Assembly: GCA_027487145.1 (NCBI GenBank)
Contig: JAIYEC010000069.1
Span: 1 to 42,994, forward strand
Length of the DNA stretch: 42,994 nucleotides
Origin: a bacterium
GTDB lineage: Bacteria; Patescibacteriota; Minisyncoccia; Phycocordibacterales; UBA918
Reading direction: 5' to 3'
This document shows, one piece after another, positions 32,260 through 41,200 of the stretch (position 1 is the first letter of the stretch; each line of letters begins with the position of its first letter). The translations under genes and the position numbers were made by a program. The notes beneath the pieces are model-generated. The model had not been told where the DNA came from. It made no database searches and saw only the letters and a list, made by a program, of their open reading frames with translations.

Positions 32260-33510
32260 ATGCGACAATCACACTTATTTACAAAGACTCGAAAGGAGGC
32301 ACCAGCTGACGAAGTGGCCAAGAACGCTCAGTTACTTATTAGGGCTGGATACGTACACAAGGTAATGGCTGGGGTGTATGCCTACACACCACTGGGGCTT
32401 CGTGTACTTGAGAACATCAAGCAGATTGTGCGTGAAGAAATGAATGCTGTTGGCGGGCAAGAACTCATCATGACAAGTCTTCAGCCTAAAGATGTCTGGG
32501 AGGAGACAGGTCGCTGGAGCGATGAGACTGTTGATGTGTGGTTTAAGACAAAACTACAGGATGACACTGAGCTTGGGTTGGCATGGTCACATGAAGAGGC
32601 GATTGTCTCAATGATGGCACAGTATGTACACAGCTACAAAGATTTGCCAATTAGTGTCTACCAATTCCAAACGAAACTTCGCAATGAGCTTCGAGCCAAA
32701 AGCGGAATTATGCGTGGTCGTGAGTTTGTGATGAAAGATATGTACTCTTTGCACGCTACCAAGGAAGATATGGACGAGTATTACGATAAGGTTGTAGAAG
32801 CCTACAAGCGAATCTACGAGCGGTTAGGTGTCGGCGCAGATACATTCGTTACCTTCGCTTCCGGTGGTGCCTTCACAAAGTTTAGTCATGAATTCCAAAC
32901 ACTTTGTGATGCTGGAGAAGATGTGCTTTACATAGACAAAGACAAGACAGTAGCAGTAAATGAGGAAGTACTCGACGACGCAATAGCAGAGATCGGTATT
33001 TCAAAAGACGAGCTATCGCCAACGAAGACTGCTGAAGTAGGAAACATCTTTAAGTTCGGTACTGAGAAAGGTGAACAAATGAATGTAACCTTTAAAGATG
33101 CAGACGGTATGGATAAACCAATCTACCTCGCTTCTTACGGTGTCGGTATTACTCGCGTGATGGGTGTATTGGTGGAGAAGTTTGGTGATGATAAGGGTCT
33201 GGTGTGGCCTGAGGCAGTGGCAGCATACAAAGTGCATTTGGTTGGACTCAATCTAGAAGATGCGGAAATAAAAGATTGGGCGGACGGCGTCTATACGAAC
33301 CTAACCAAAGCCGGAGTTGAGGTGCTCTATGATGATCGAATTGAAGCTCGAGCTGGGGAGAAGTTCTCTGATAGCGATCTCCTTGGTGTGCCATATCGAG
33401 TGGTTGTTAGTAAAAAAGGAAAAGAAAACGGTCAATTTGAAGTCGTAACACGTGCTACGGGTGAAGTGCGACAACTTACCGAAGAGGAACTCTTTACTGA
33501 TTTTTCTTAG
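32260..33510 (+). CDS. proS: prolyl-tRNA synthetase, bacterial-type N-terminus but lacking the INS editing domain
   Basis: MRQSHLFTKTRKEAPADEVAKNAQLLIRAGYV...GVYAYTPLG and class II motif 2 FRNELRAKSGIMRGREFVMKDMYS. At 416 aa it is well short of the roughly 570 aa typical of INS-containing enzymes. Confidence 0.85.
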   Translation: MRQSHLFTKTRKEAPADEVAKNAQLLIRAGYVHKVMAGVYAYTPLGLRVLENIKQIVREEMNAVGGQELIMTSLQPKDVWEETGRWSDETVDVWFKTKLQDDTELGLAWSHEEAIVSMMAQYVHSYKDLPISVYQFQTKLRNELRAKSGIMRGREFVMKDMYSLHATKEDMDEYYDKVVEAYKRIYERLGVGADTFVTFASGGAFTKFSHEFQTLCDAGEDVLYIDKDKTVAVNEEVLDDAIAEIGISKDELSPTKTAEVGNIFKFGTEKGEQMNVTFKDADGMDKPIYLASYGVGITRVMGVLVEKFGDDKGLVWPEAVAAYKVHLVGLNLEDAEIKDWADGVYTNLTKAGVEVLYDDRIEARAGEKFSDSDLLGVPYRVVVSKKGKENGQFEVVTRATGEVRQLTEEELFTDFS

Positions 33511-33527
33511 TCTAAACTCACAAAGTT

Positions 33528-33567
33528 CCTACAAATATACACCTATTAATAGGTGTATATTTGTAGG
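33528..33567. repeat. 40-bp perfect palindrome with conserved core ATACACCTATTAATAGGTGTAT
   Basis: cctacaaatatacacctatt/aataggtgtatatttgtagg. It lies 18 nt after the proS stop, and its right arm overlaps the -35 region of the TrpR-like gene. Confidence 0.9.
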
Positions 33568-33588
33568 CGGTCAGTTTATACTTTATTT

Positions 33589-33987
33589 ATGACAAGGATT
33601 TCTAAAAATGCAGTCGAGGATAGTGAAGATTATAAGTTTGCATATAAGCAACTATCTAGGTTTCTTGCTGGTCTGCAGGATAAGAACGCACATTTCTTTA
33701 TCGACGAGCTTCTTAGTGAGTCAGAACAAGTGATGTTAGTGAAGCGATTTACAGCCATCTACCTCTTTCAAGAAGGACATAATCCATATAGGGTCAGCCA
33801 GATGATCGGTGTTAGTGAATCCACTGCCCAGAGATTGCATCATGGTTACAGAGAGGGGATCTATAACAATTTACTCAAGTGCATTAAAAAATCGGAAAAA
33901 GCTGAATTTTTAACAGTACTTCAAGACTTTCTTTTGTCGAAAGCGGATGCCAAAGCGAGAACAAGACTTCTTAAAAAAGCTCTCTAA
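33589..33987 (+). CDS. TrpR-like / YerC-YecD family HTH protein
   Basis: LLSESEQVMLVKRFTAIYLFQEGHNPYRVSQMIGVSESTAQRL fits the LLTP.E...L..R......L..G.S...I....GVS..TI.R pattern. Start set to the ATG at 33589 (TATACT at 33577-33582, 6 nt upstream); the track start 33553 is GTG inside the palindrome. Confidence 0.6.
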   Translation: MTRISKNAVEDSEDYKFAYKQLSRFLAGLQDKNAHFFIDELLSESEQVMLVKRFTAIYLFQEGHNPYRVSQMIGVSESTAQRLHHGYREGIYNNLLKCIKKSEKAEFLTVLQDFLLSKADAKARTRLLKKAL

Positions 33988-34015
33988 ATACACCTATTAA
34001 TAGGTGTATTTAGAG
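33982..34015. repeat. 34-bp perfect palindrome with conserved core ATACACCTATTAATAGGTGTAT
   Basis: ctctaaatacacctatt/aataggtgtatttagag. It contains the TAA stop of the TrpR-like gene and lies just upstream of the mreB promoter. Confidence 0.9.
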
Positions 34016-34031
34016 GTGTCTGGAATAAATT

Positions 34032-34060
34032 TTGCTACCAAGCTGTGAGCATAGTACAAT
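34032..34060 (+). promoter_or_regulatory. promoter of the mreBCD-mrdA operon (leaderless configuration)
   Basis: TTGCTA (34032-34037), 17 nt spacer, TACAAT (34055-34060), then 8 nt to the ATG at 34069. No Shine-Dalgarno sequence. Confidence 0.6.
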
Positions 34061-34068
34061 ACCTTTAA

Positions 34069-35142
34069 ATGAACGTTTTTACGCGACAATGGAGCGGGCT
34101 GCTTTCAGCGGTCTCAACTGACATGGCGATTGACCTGGGAACGGCCAATACCTTGGTGTATGTAAAAGGAAAAGGGATTGTGCTCAATGAGCCAACGATT
34201 GTTGCAATAAATAAGAAAACTGGACAGCTGGTGGCAGTCGGAAACGATGCTAAAGTAATGCTGGGGCGCACTCCGGCTCATATTGAAGTAGTGCGACCGC
34301 TGGTTGATGGAGTAATTTCTGATTTTGAGGTGACCGAAGAAATGTTGGCATACCTTATTGGTAAGGTCCGAAGTGAAATGAAAACACTGGTGGCACCTCG
34401 GGTGCTGATTGGTGTGCCATCAGGTATTACAAACGTAGAAATGCGAGCAGCACACGACGCTGCTAAAAACGCCGGCGCACGTGATGTTTTCTTGATTGAA
34501 GAACCAATGGCCGCTGCTATTGGTGCCAAGCTGCCGATTGGAAAATCAGTTGGAAGTATGATTGTTGATATTGGTGGTGGTACAACTGATATCGCTATCA
34601 TTTCACTCAATGGTCTCGTTGTTTCAAAGAATCTTCGGATTGCCGGCGACCATCTTAATGCGTCAATTGTTTCTTACATCAAAGATCAGTTCAAAGTACA
34701 CGTTGGAGAGAAAACCGCTGAAGATGCCAAAATAGCGCTTACGGCAATCACAAACACGCAGACAGGAGGCAAGGATTTGGTTGTTCGAGGTCGTGATGTG
34801 GTAACAGGCTTACCTCGCGAAGTAGTTATCACTGATAGTGATGTCAGGGATGCGGTAGCGGGCCATATTGATACGATTGTAGAAAATGTACGCGCCGCCC
34901 TTGAGGTGACTCCGCCTGAGGTTTTGGCAGATATTATGCAGCGAGGAATCCACCTTTCAGGCGGAGGAGCACTTATTCCGGGTCTGGCGTCGCTGCTTGA
35001 ACATGCCCTTGCGGTGCCAGTAATTGTTGTCCCTGATCCACTTCGAGCTGTTATCCGAGGTGCTGGAATTGTGGTTGAAGATCTCGATGTATACAGCGAA
35101 ATTCTCTTAGATCATGAAGCTTCATTCCAGACACACTTCTAA
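34069..35142 (+). CDS. mreB: rod-shape protein MreB (paralogue 2, canonical operon copy)
   Basis: MAIDLGTANTLVYVKGKGIVLNEPTIVAI...GRTP...VRPLVDGVISDF...DIGGGTTDIA; followed by mreC. Confidence 0.9.
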   Translation: MNVFTRQWSGLLSAVSTDMAIDLGTANTLVYVKGKGIVLNEPTIVAINKKTGQLVAVGNDAKVMLGRTPAHIEVVRPLVDGVISDFEVTEEMLAYLIGKVRSEMKTLVAPRVLIGVPSGITNVEMRAAHDAAKNAGARDVFLIEEPMAAAIGAKLPIGKSVGSMIVDIGGGTTDIAIISLNGLVVSKNLRIAGDHLNASIVSYIKDQFKVHVGEKTAEDAKIALTAITNTQTGGKDLVVRGRDVVTGLPREVVITDSDVRDAVAGHIDTIVENVRAALEVTPPEVLADIMQRGIHLSGGGALIPGLASLLEHALAVPVIVVPDPLRAVIRGAGIVVEDLDVYSEILLDHEASFQTHF

Positions 35143-36043
35143 AAAAAGCAAGCGGACACAACAGATTGTTCGTGTAGTGGTTATTTCAGTGGCATTGGTA
35201 TGTTTTGGTTTAGTAGTTCCTAGGCTTTTTTCTCTTGCCGGGAAGATAGTTATGGCACCAGTGCACTCAGTGCATACGTGGATCCAGACCTCTGATTCAA
35301 GACTTCCACAGTATTTTCGTGACAGATCTGAGTTGATTAATCGGATTGCTGAGCTAGAGCAAGCGGTGGCAATTGCGTCTGGGACAGACTTAACGCAACA
35401 GAGATTGTACGAGGAAAATCAGTGGCTTCGTCAGCTGCTTGGTGTACAAAATGATAGTCGAGTGGCAGCCGCAGTGATTGCAAGACCAGGACAATTACCA
35501 TATGACTATCTGCAGATTGATCGTGGGACGATTGACGGTATTCAAGCTGGTGCACCAGTGTATGTCGGAAAAGACAACGTGATTGGGGTAGTTACCAGCA
35601 CGACGGAACGGTATTCATTTGTTGAGTTATTTACTACGCCTGGATTTTCTACCACTGCATTTATTAGTGGCGCAAATGTTATGGCGACGATTGATGGTCA
35701 CGGAGGAGGGATTGCTCGAGTTCGAGTACCACAAGGAGTACCATTACAGGTGGGGGATTTGGTTCACTTGCCAAGTCTTGATCCTGGGGTATTTGGTCGG
35801 GTAGCGTACCTTGAAAATGAACCATCTCAACCAGAACAGTTTGGATACATCGCCCTCTCGCAGCCAGTTTCAAGTTTGCACTATGTATCGGTAGGGAAAG
35901 AAGTGATTCATCCAAGCGAACCGCCGGTGATTGAAGAAAGAGTGCGGGCTGTTATTACCCAAGCGATGAACATCAATACGGCTCAGTTAAATCTCGCTAG
36001 CACTACTATCATTTCGACTTCAACTGCGACAACAACGCCATGA
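35114..36043 (+). CDS. mreC: rod-shape protein MreC
   Basis: N-terminal TM, a coiled-coil (IAELEQAVA...EENQWLRQLL), then the beta-barrel motif GAPVYVGKDNVIGVVTS. Position after mreB. Confidence 0.75.
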   Translation: MKLHSRHTSKKSKRTQQIVRVVVISVALVCFGLVVPRLFSLAGKIVMAPVHSVHTWIQTSDSRLPQYFRDRSELINRIAELEQAVAIASGTDLTQQRLYEENQWLRQLLGVQNDSRVAAAVIARPGQLPYDYLQIDRGTIDGIQAGAPVYVGKDNVIGVVTSTTERYSFVELFTTPGFSTTAFISGANVMATIDGHGGGIARVRVPQGVPLQVGDLVHLPSLDPGVFGRVAYLENEPSQPEQFGYIALSQPVSSLHYVSVGKEVIHPSEPPVIEERVRAVITQAMNINTAQLNLASTTIISTSTATTTP

Positions 36044-36297
36044 TTTTTATTTTATATCTCATTCTTTATATTTTTATCGCAATCTTGATAGTCCAGAATC
36101 AACTTTTGTTGGCATTTCTTGCAGTGTTGTTGTTTACCTACTATCGGAGCGCTGTTTGGTTGATACCACTCGGTTTCTTTATTGATGGATATTTTGATGC
36201 CTTCTTTTCTGTACCGGTGTTTTCGCTTGCTGCAATTTCTTGGTATGTTGCTTCAGAATTCTTTAAGCCACGATTGCGTGGGTATGTCTCACAATAA
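36040..36297 (+). CDS. mreD: small polytopic membrane protein in the mreD position
   Basis: 85 aa with about 3 hydrophobic helices. It overlaps the mreC stop (ATGA) and precedes mrdA. The assignment is positional only, and the protein is shorter than typical MreD. Confidence 0.35.
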   Translation: MIFILYLILYIFIAILIVQNQLLLAFLAVLLFTYYRSAVWLIPLGFFIDGYFDAFFSVPVFSLAAISWYVASEFFKPRLRGYVSQ

Positions 36298-36299
36298 GT

Positions 36300-38018
36300 A
36301 TGGGAAGACTACGTGATAGATATACTAAGATGGTTGATGTTGAGGAGGTACTTCTTGACGCCTCTAATATTCCTGATTTTAATCAGGGTCGGTTAGAGGG
36401 AAAAAGAGAGTTACCAATCAAAAAACAAAGTGTCCGGACGGTGGGCCTCCTATTCTCTTTAATTGCCTGTGTGTTCTTATATCAGGTCTTTACCCTCCAG
36501 ATTGTCCGCGGTGATGAATTTAAAGAGATAGCTGAACGTAATCGGGTGAATGAGGTACTCATCATTGCCGAGCGGGGAGTGGTGTACGACCGTAACGGAG
36601 AGATGGTGGCCTGGAACGAAGCTGATGAGACAGGTGAGTACGATTTTCCGATCCGGGCGTATACAGACAGATTGGGATTAGGTCAGGTGCTGGGGTACGT
36701 AAGTTATCCCAAAAAAGATGCCCGCGGCTATTTTTTCCGTACCGATTACTTGGGAAGAAGTGGGGTGGAATTAGCTTTTGATAATAAGCTCAAAGGGACT
36801 AATGGTAGTAAAGTTATTGAAGTCGATGCTCTTAGTCAGACAGTTAGTGAATCAGAAATTAACCTGCCACAAAGTGGGGAAGCCTTACATCTTTCAATTG
36901 ATGCAGAGTTATCCGAAGCAATGTATCAGATTATTGCCTCATCAAGTGAGAAGGCCGGGTTTAGAAGTGGCGCGGCTGCCATCATGGATGTGAAGACAGG
37001 AGAATTGTTAGCACTTACTAGCTTCCCATCGTACGATCCTGAGATTATGGCCGATGGTGATGATATTGCGACAATCAACTCATACAACCAAGACGACAGA
37101 TTACCGTTTCTTAATAAAATTATCGGGGGAGCATATACGCCTGGCTCAATTGTAAAACCGTTTGTAGCGTACGCAGCATTGGAAGAAGGCATTATCAGTC
37201 CACAAAAGACAATTATTAGTAACGGGTATCTTCTTGTTCCTAACCCGTACAATCCATCAAATCCCTCTCGCTTTAATGACTGGAAGGCACATGGGGTTAT
37301 GACGATGCGTGAAGCAATTGCGTACTCATCAAACGTCTACTTCTACATCATCGGTGGCGGGTACGGTGATCAGCCCGGGCTTGGTATCACCAAGATGGCT
37401 GCGAACTATCGACGGTTTGGGTTAGGTGAACCAACCGGCATAAATTTAGCGCAAGAACAAGCTGGGATTGTTCCAGACCCGGCTTGGAAGCAAGCAACCT
37501 TTAATGATGATTGGCGACTTGGAGACACGTACTTTACTGCTATTGGGCAATTTGGATTCCTTACTACACCGGTTCAGATGTTACGAGCCTACGCAGCACT
37601 TGCAAATGGCGGAACACTCCTTACCCCACACGTTGAGAAAGGTGTTGAGGTAGAAGGAAAAGACATTGGTCTTAATCCAAATCATCTCCAGGTCATTCAT
37701 GAGGGTATGCGTAAGACTGTTATCGCAAATGGTGGGACTGCTCGTGGTTTGGAGAGGAAAGATGTCGCTTTTGCTTCAAAATCTGGTACAGCTGAAGTGG
37801 GAGCTGGCAATGCGTACGTTAACTCTTGGTCGGCTGGTTTTTGGCCCTACGAAGAGCCTCGATTTGCGTATATCTTGATGATGGATCATGCACCTCGAAG
37901 TAACGCTTTGGGAGCCGGACGAATTATGGGGGATATTGTACAGTGGATGAGCGTGCATCGTCCTGAATATCTTAAGGCTGAGTCAGAATTATCTACAGTA
38001 GAGGACGAAGGCGAGTAA
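36300..38018 (+). CDS. mrdA: penicillin-binding protein 2 (class B transpeptidase)
   Basis: N-terminal TM, SxxK (GSIVKPF), SxN (YSSNVYF) and KSG (SKSGTAE) motifs; mreBCD context. Confidence 0.9.
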   Translation: MGRLRDRYTKMVDVEEVLLDASNIPDFNQGRLEGKRELPIKKQSVRTVGLLFSLIACVFLYQVFTLQIVRGDEFKEIAERNRVNEVLIIAERGVVYDRNGEMVAWNEADETGEYDFPIRAYTDRLGLGQVLGYVSYPKKDARGYFFRTDYLGRSGVELAFDNKLKGTNGSKVIEVDALSQTVSESEINLPQSGEALHLSIDAELSEAMYQIIASSSEKAGFRSGAAAIMDVKTGELLALTSFPSYDPEIMADGDDIATINSYNQDDRLPFLNKIIGGAYTPGSIVKPFVAYAALEEGIISPQKTIISNGYLLVPNPYNPSNPSRFNDWKAHGVMTMREAIAYSSNVYFYIIGGGYGDQPGLGITKMAANYRRFGLGEPTGINLAQEQAGIVPDPAWKQATFNDDWRLGDTYFTAIGQFGFLTTPVQMLRAYAALANGGTLLTPHVEKGVEVEGKDIGLNPNHLQVIHEGMRKTVIANGGTARGLERKDVAFASKSGTAEVGAGNAYVNSWSAGFWPYEEPRFAYILMMDHAPRSNALGAGRIMGDIVQWMSVHRPEYLKAESELSTVEDEGE

Positions 38019-38154
38019 CCCACCAGCCTGTCCATACAGCAACATTCGCTTACATTTGTCGAGTAGTAAAAGTCGAAAGATACCAAATTCTACTTCACAA
38101 AGCCTAGAAGGTTTGTGTAGTGTTATCCACGACAAAGCGAATGTTGTTGTGGGA

Positions 38155-38182
38155 TTGACCTACGCTCGTTGGCACGTATAAT
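38155..38182 (+). promoter_or_regulatory. greA promoter
   Basis: TTGACC (38155-38160), 16 nt spacer, TATAAT (38177-38182). Confidence 0.5.
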
Positions 38183-38200
38183 GAGTGAAATTTTTACATT

Positions 38201-38668
38201 ATGGATACACAAGCGTTTCTTACCCCAGAGAAGTTCGAAGAATTAAAAAAGGAACTAGACCACCTAAAGACCGTCCGTCGTAAGGAAGTGGCTGAGTCAC
38301 TTGAGTACGCACGAAGTCTCGGAGACTTGTCAGAAAATGCTGAATACCAAGAAGCTCGCGATATGCAAGCAGCTATCGAGGAACGAATTGGTTACCTAGA
38401 AAAGACCATTAAAGAAGCTAAGATTGTTGCTCACGATAAGCACGGTGATGTCGTAGGACTCGGGTCAGTCGTATCAATCCAAAAGGATAAGGATAAAGAA
38501 AAGCGAGAATACACAATTGTGGGATCTGATGAAGCAAACATCCACGAACATAAGTTGTCGTATCTTTCACCACTTGGAGAAGCACTGATGGGGAAGAAGA
38601 AAGGTGATGAGTTTGAGTTTGAAACTCCGCTTGGAAAGCAAAAGTATAAAGTCTTAAAAGTAGAATAA
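38201..38668 (+). CDS. greA: transcription elongation factor GreA
   Basis: LTPEKFEELKKELDHLK...R.EVAESLEYARSLGDLSENAEYQEARDMQ, the canonical Gre N-terminal coiled coil; 155 aa. Confidence 0.9.
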   Translation: MDTQAFLTPEKFEELKKELDHLKTVRRKEVAESLEYARSLGDLSENAEYQEARDMQAAIEERIGYLEKTIKEAKIVAHDKHGDVVGLGSVVSIQKDKDKEKREYTIVGSDEANIHEHKLSYLSPLGEALMGKKKGDEFEFETPLGKQKYKVLKVE

Positions 38669-38670
38669 CG

Positions 38671-38795
38671 GAGAAACTACCACAGCCCTAAATCTGCTTC
38701 GTTGTTTCGCCAGAAATTTCGTTCAATGTACAGGCGTACACCTCACAAAATTTTTTAGCTTACGCCTCGCATCTTCAGCACTGTGCTAGTTTTCT
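38671..38795 (+). repeat. post-stop structured repeat, copy D
   Basis: ctgcttcgttgtttc...tcaa-tgtac-aggc-gtaca-cctc (P1 at 38727-38740)...agcttacgcctcgcatct. A loose outer stem is gagaaacta / tagttttct. It lies between the greA stop and the terminator at 38798. Confidence 0.8.
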
Positions 38796-38797
38796 AG

Positions 38798-38833
38798 AAA
38801 AGACCGACGCTCACGTGTCGGCCTTTTCTTTTT
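38798..38833 (+). terminator. rho-independent terminator of greA
   Basis: aagaccgac (38800-38808) / gtcggcctt (38817-38825) followed by TTTTCTTTTT. Confidence 0.7.
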
Positions 38834-38862
38834 GTCATTCCTACGCTAGGATAAACGTTACT

Positions 38863-40446
38863 ATGTTTTGGGCAGATACTATTGCTGACGAAGTTGAACG
38901 TCGTTATGAAGACCGAATTAAGGCCGGATTGCCTCTGGTAGTTCGTGACGAAAAAACCGCTTCTGGCCGAGTCCATGTCGGGTCTCTTCGCAGTGCCTCA
39001 ATGCACGCCATCGTCGCAGACGTTCTTCGTAGTCGTGGTCATAACGTGAAGTTCTTATTTGAGATTAATGACTTTGACCCGATGGATGGTATCCCAAGTT
39101 ACCTTGATACCGAGACTTATGAAAAGTACATGGGAGTTCCGTTGTGTAATATTCCATCACCGGAACCAGGTTTTGATAACTTTGCAGAGTACTACGGGCA
39201 AGAATATGTGAAGGTGCTTGATAAGGTTGGTTTTGGTGCGCAGGTGTATCGTGCGAGTGAACTCTATCGGAGTGGTGTCATGAACGACATGATTAAAAAA
39301 GCACTCGAACGTCGTGCACTCGTTCGTGATATCTACTTCCGTATCTCTAGAAGCGAAAAGCCAGAAGACTGGTATCCACTGAATGTCATCTGTGAGAACT
39401 GTGGCAATCTGAGTGCGACAAAGATAACCGGATTTGATGGTGAGTTGGTTGACTACACCTGTAGCTCAGACACTATTGCTTGGGCTAAGGGTTGTGGTCA
39501 CACGGGCCGCATGTCGCCATACAACGGCAATGCAAAGTTCCCTTGGAAGCTTGATTGGGCAGCTAAGTTTGTTGCGCAAGAAGTGAATTTTGAAGGAGGT
39601 GGAAAAGACCATTACACCAAGGGTGGATCACGCCAGGTGGCTGAAGCTATTTGTCGTGAGATTTTTGACCATGAACCACCGTACGGCGTCTTTAATGAAT
39701 TTTTCTTGGTGGGAGGTAAGAAGATGTCTTCTTCAAAAGGTGGCGCAGCTACCGCTGGTGAAATGGCTGATACATTACCACCCCATATTCTGAGACTCTT
39801 ACTCCTTCGTACGCCAATTAACCGCCAGATTGATTTTGATCCAGACTCTGACGCCATCCCAGTACTCTACGATTTATATGACAAGCTAGCCGAAAAATAT
39901 TGGAGTGGTATTCGAGATGACGACTCCCAGGTATTTACTTTTAGTCACCTGATAGACGAGCGGGGAGAGTTTCCGGTTCGGTACCTTCCGCGCTTTTCTC
40001 AAGTTGCATTTTTAGTGCAAATGCCACACATGAATATCTATGAAGAAGTAGCTAAGCTGAAGGAGGGTGAACTAACAGACCTTGATGTCGCTGAACTTGA
40101 TGAGCGTGCCGTATATGCACGGCGTTGGCTTCGTGAGTATGCTGATGATAAGTTCATATTTTCTTTACAAGAAAACGTGCCAGAGTCAGCCACCAGTCTT
40201 ACTGACGCTCAGCGAGCGGCGCTAATATCGCTTGCTGATAAGGTTTCAGCTCTTGAAACAATTGACGGACAATCACTTCATGAACTTATCCACGAAGTAA
40301 AAGGGGAGTCAGGTCTTACGCCACAAGAATTCTTTGGTGGAATCTATACTGTCTTCTTAGGTAAAACGAGCGGTCCAAAAGTCGGCTGGTTCTTGAGTAC
40401 ACTTGATAAAGACTTCCTACTAAAGCGACTGAAGAGTGAAGAATAA
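38863..40446 (+). CDS. lysK: lysyl-tRNA synthetase, class I (archaeal-type)
   Basis: MFWADTIADEV... N-terminus, ASGRVHVGSLR (HIGH-like) and KMSSSKG (KMSKS). Start moved to the ATG at 38863. Confidence 0.85.
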   Translation: MFWADTIADEVERRYEDRIKAGLPLVVRDEKTASGRVHVGSLRSASMHAIVADVLRSRGHNVKFLFEINDFDPMDGIPSYLDTETYEKYMGVPLCNIPSPEPGFDNFAEYYGQEYVKVLDKVGFGAQVYRASELYRSGVMNDMIKKALERRALVRDIYFRISRSEKPEDWYPLNVICENCGNLSATKITGFDGELVDYTCSSDTIAWAKGCGHTGRMSPYNGNAKFPWKLDWAAKFVAQEVNFEGGGKDHYTKGGSRQVAEAICREIFDHEPPYGVFNEFFLVGGKKMSSSKGGAATAGEMADTLPPHILRLLLLRTPINRQIDFDPDSDAIPVLYDLYDKLAEKYWSGIRDDDSQVFTFSHLIDERGEFPVRYLPRFSQVAFLVQMPHMNIYEEVAKLKEGELTDLDVAELDERAVYARRWLREYADDKFIFSLQENVPESATSLTDAQRAALISLADKVSALETIDGQSLHELIHEVKGESGLTPQEFFGGIYTVFLGKTSGPKVGWFLSTLDKDFLLKRLKSEE

Positions 40447-40455
40447 TATACGTAT

Positions 40456-40680
40456 ATGAAAGAAACATTCAAAAATTTTATTGCCATGACGATAGCGACA
40501 GCTATTTGGATATCAGGATTCCTCATTCTTGCTGGAGTATATTATTTATTTGAATCTGGACCAGTTATCGAAGAATTTATTTTTCTCGGTATTGTGGTTT
40601 TTATATTTCTTGTCGGTATCTATCTGTCGCATCGAAGTGAGAGAATAAAAACTGCCTTAGAGTATCCATTTATCGGTTAA
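40456..40680 (+). CDS. small two-TM membrane protein
   Basis: 74 aa with two hydrophobic helices, AT-rich. TAATAT lies 6 nt upstream of the ATG. Confidence 0.45.
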   Translation: MKETFKNFIAMTIATAIWISGFLILAGVYYLFESGPVIEEFIFLGIVVFIFLVGIYLSHRSERIKTALEYPFIG

Positions 40681-40710
40681 ACAAGTCCTTTTAAAACCAT
40701 TAAATGCAGT

Positions 40711-41097
40711 ATGAGCTTGTATTCAACAAATGAAAATAAGAATTGGATAAAAGCTACTCGTGCGTACTATCGATACATTGATGCCAAAAATTTAGATGGG
40801 TTATATCAATTATTCACCGATGATATTGTGTACATAAGAGCAGGCACTCCAGCTATTATTGGAATGCAACAATTTCAGAATTTCTATGAAAAAGGAAGAA
40901 TAATCCATTCAGGTAAGCACAAAAGGCTGACTTTTGAAACAAAAAAGCAATCGCTACATACCTCAGGAGTTTTTGTTGGTATTCTTAAAAATGGAGACAG
41001 TGTTGAGGTTAAGTTTTCAGAGATTTTCTATTTTGATAAACAAGGAAAGATCTGTAAACGAATCACACGCTTTCCAGCTAGAATGAGAAAGATTTAG
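40711..41097 (+). CDS. SnoaL/NTF2-like fold protein
   Basis: YYRYIDAKNLDGLYQLFTDDIVYIRAG is a typical SnoaL-like N-terminal pattern; 128 aa. Confidence 0.5.
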   Translation: MSLYSTNENKNWIKATRAYYRYIDAKNLDGLYQLFTDDIVYIRAGTPAIIGMQQFQNFYEKGRIIHSGKHKRLTFETKKQSLHTSGVFVGILKNGDSVEVKFSEIFYFDKQGKICKRITRFPARMRKI

Positions 41098-41200
41098 TTC
41101 GTAAAAATAATTTAGGATAATAAACATATAAAATAATGTCGTGACCTTGTCTTTTTTTTAGGAGTGTAGTATTGTTGACTTAGAAACAAAGGAGACTCAA

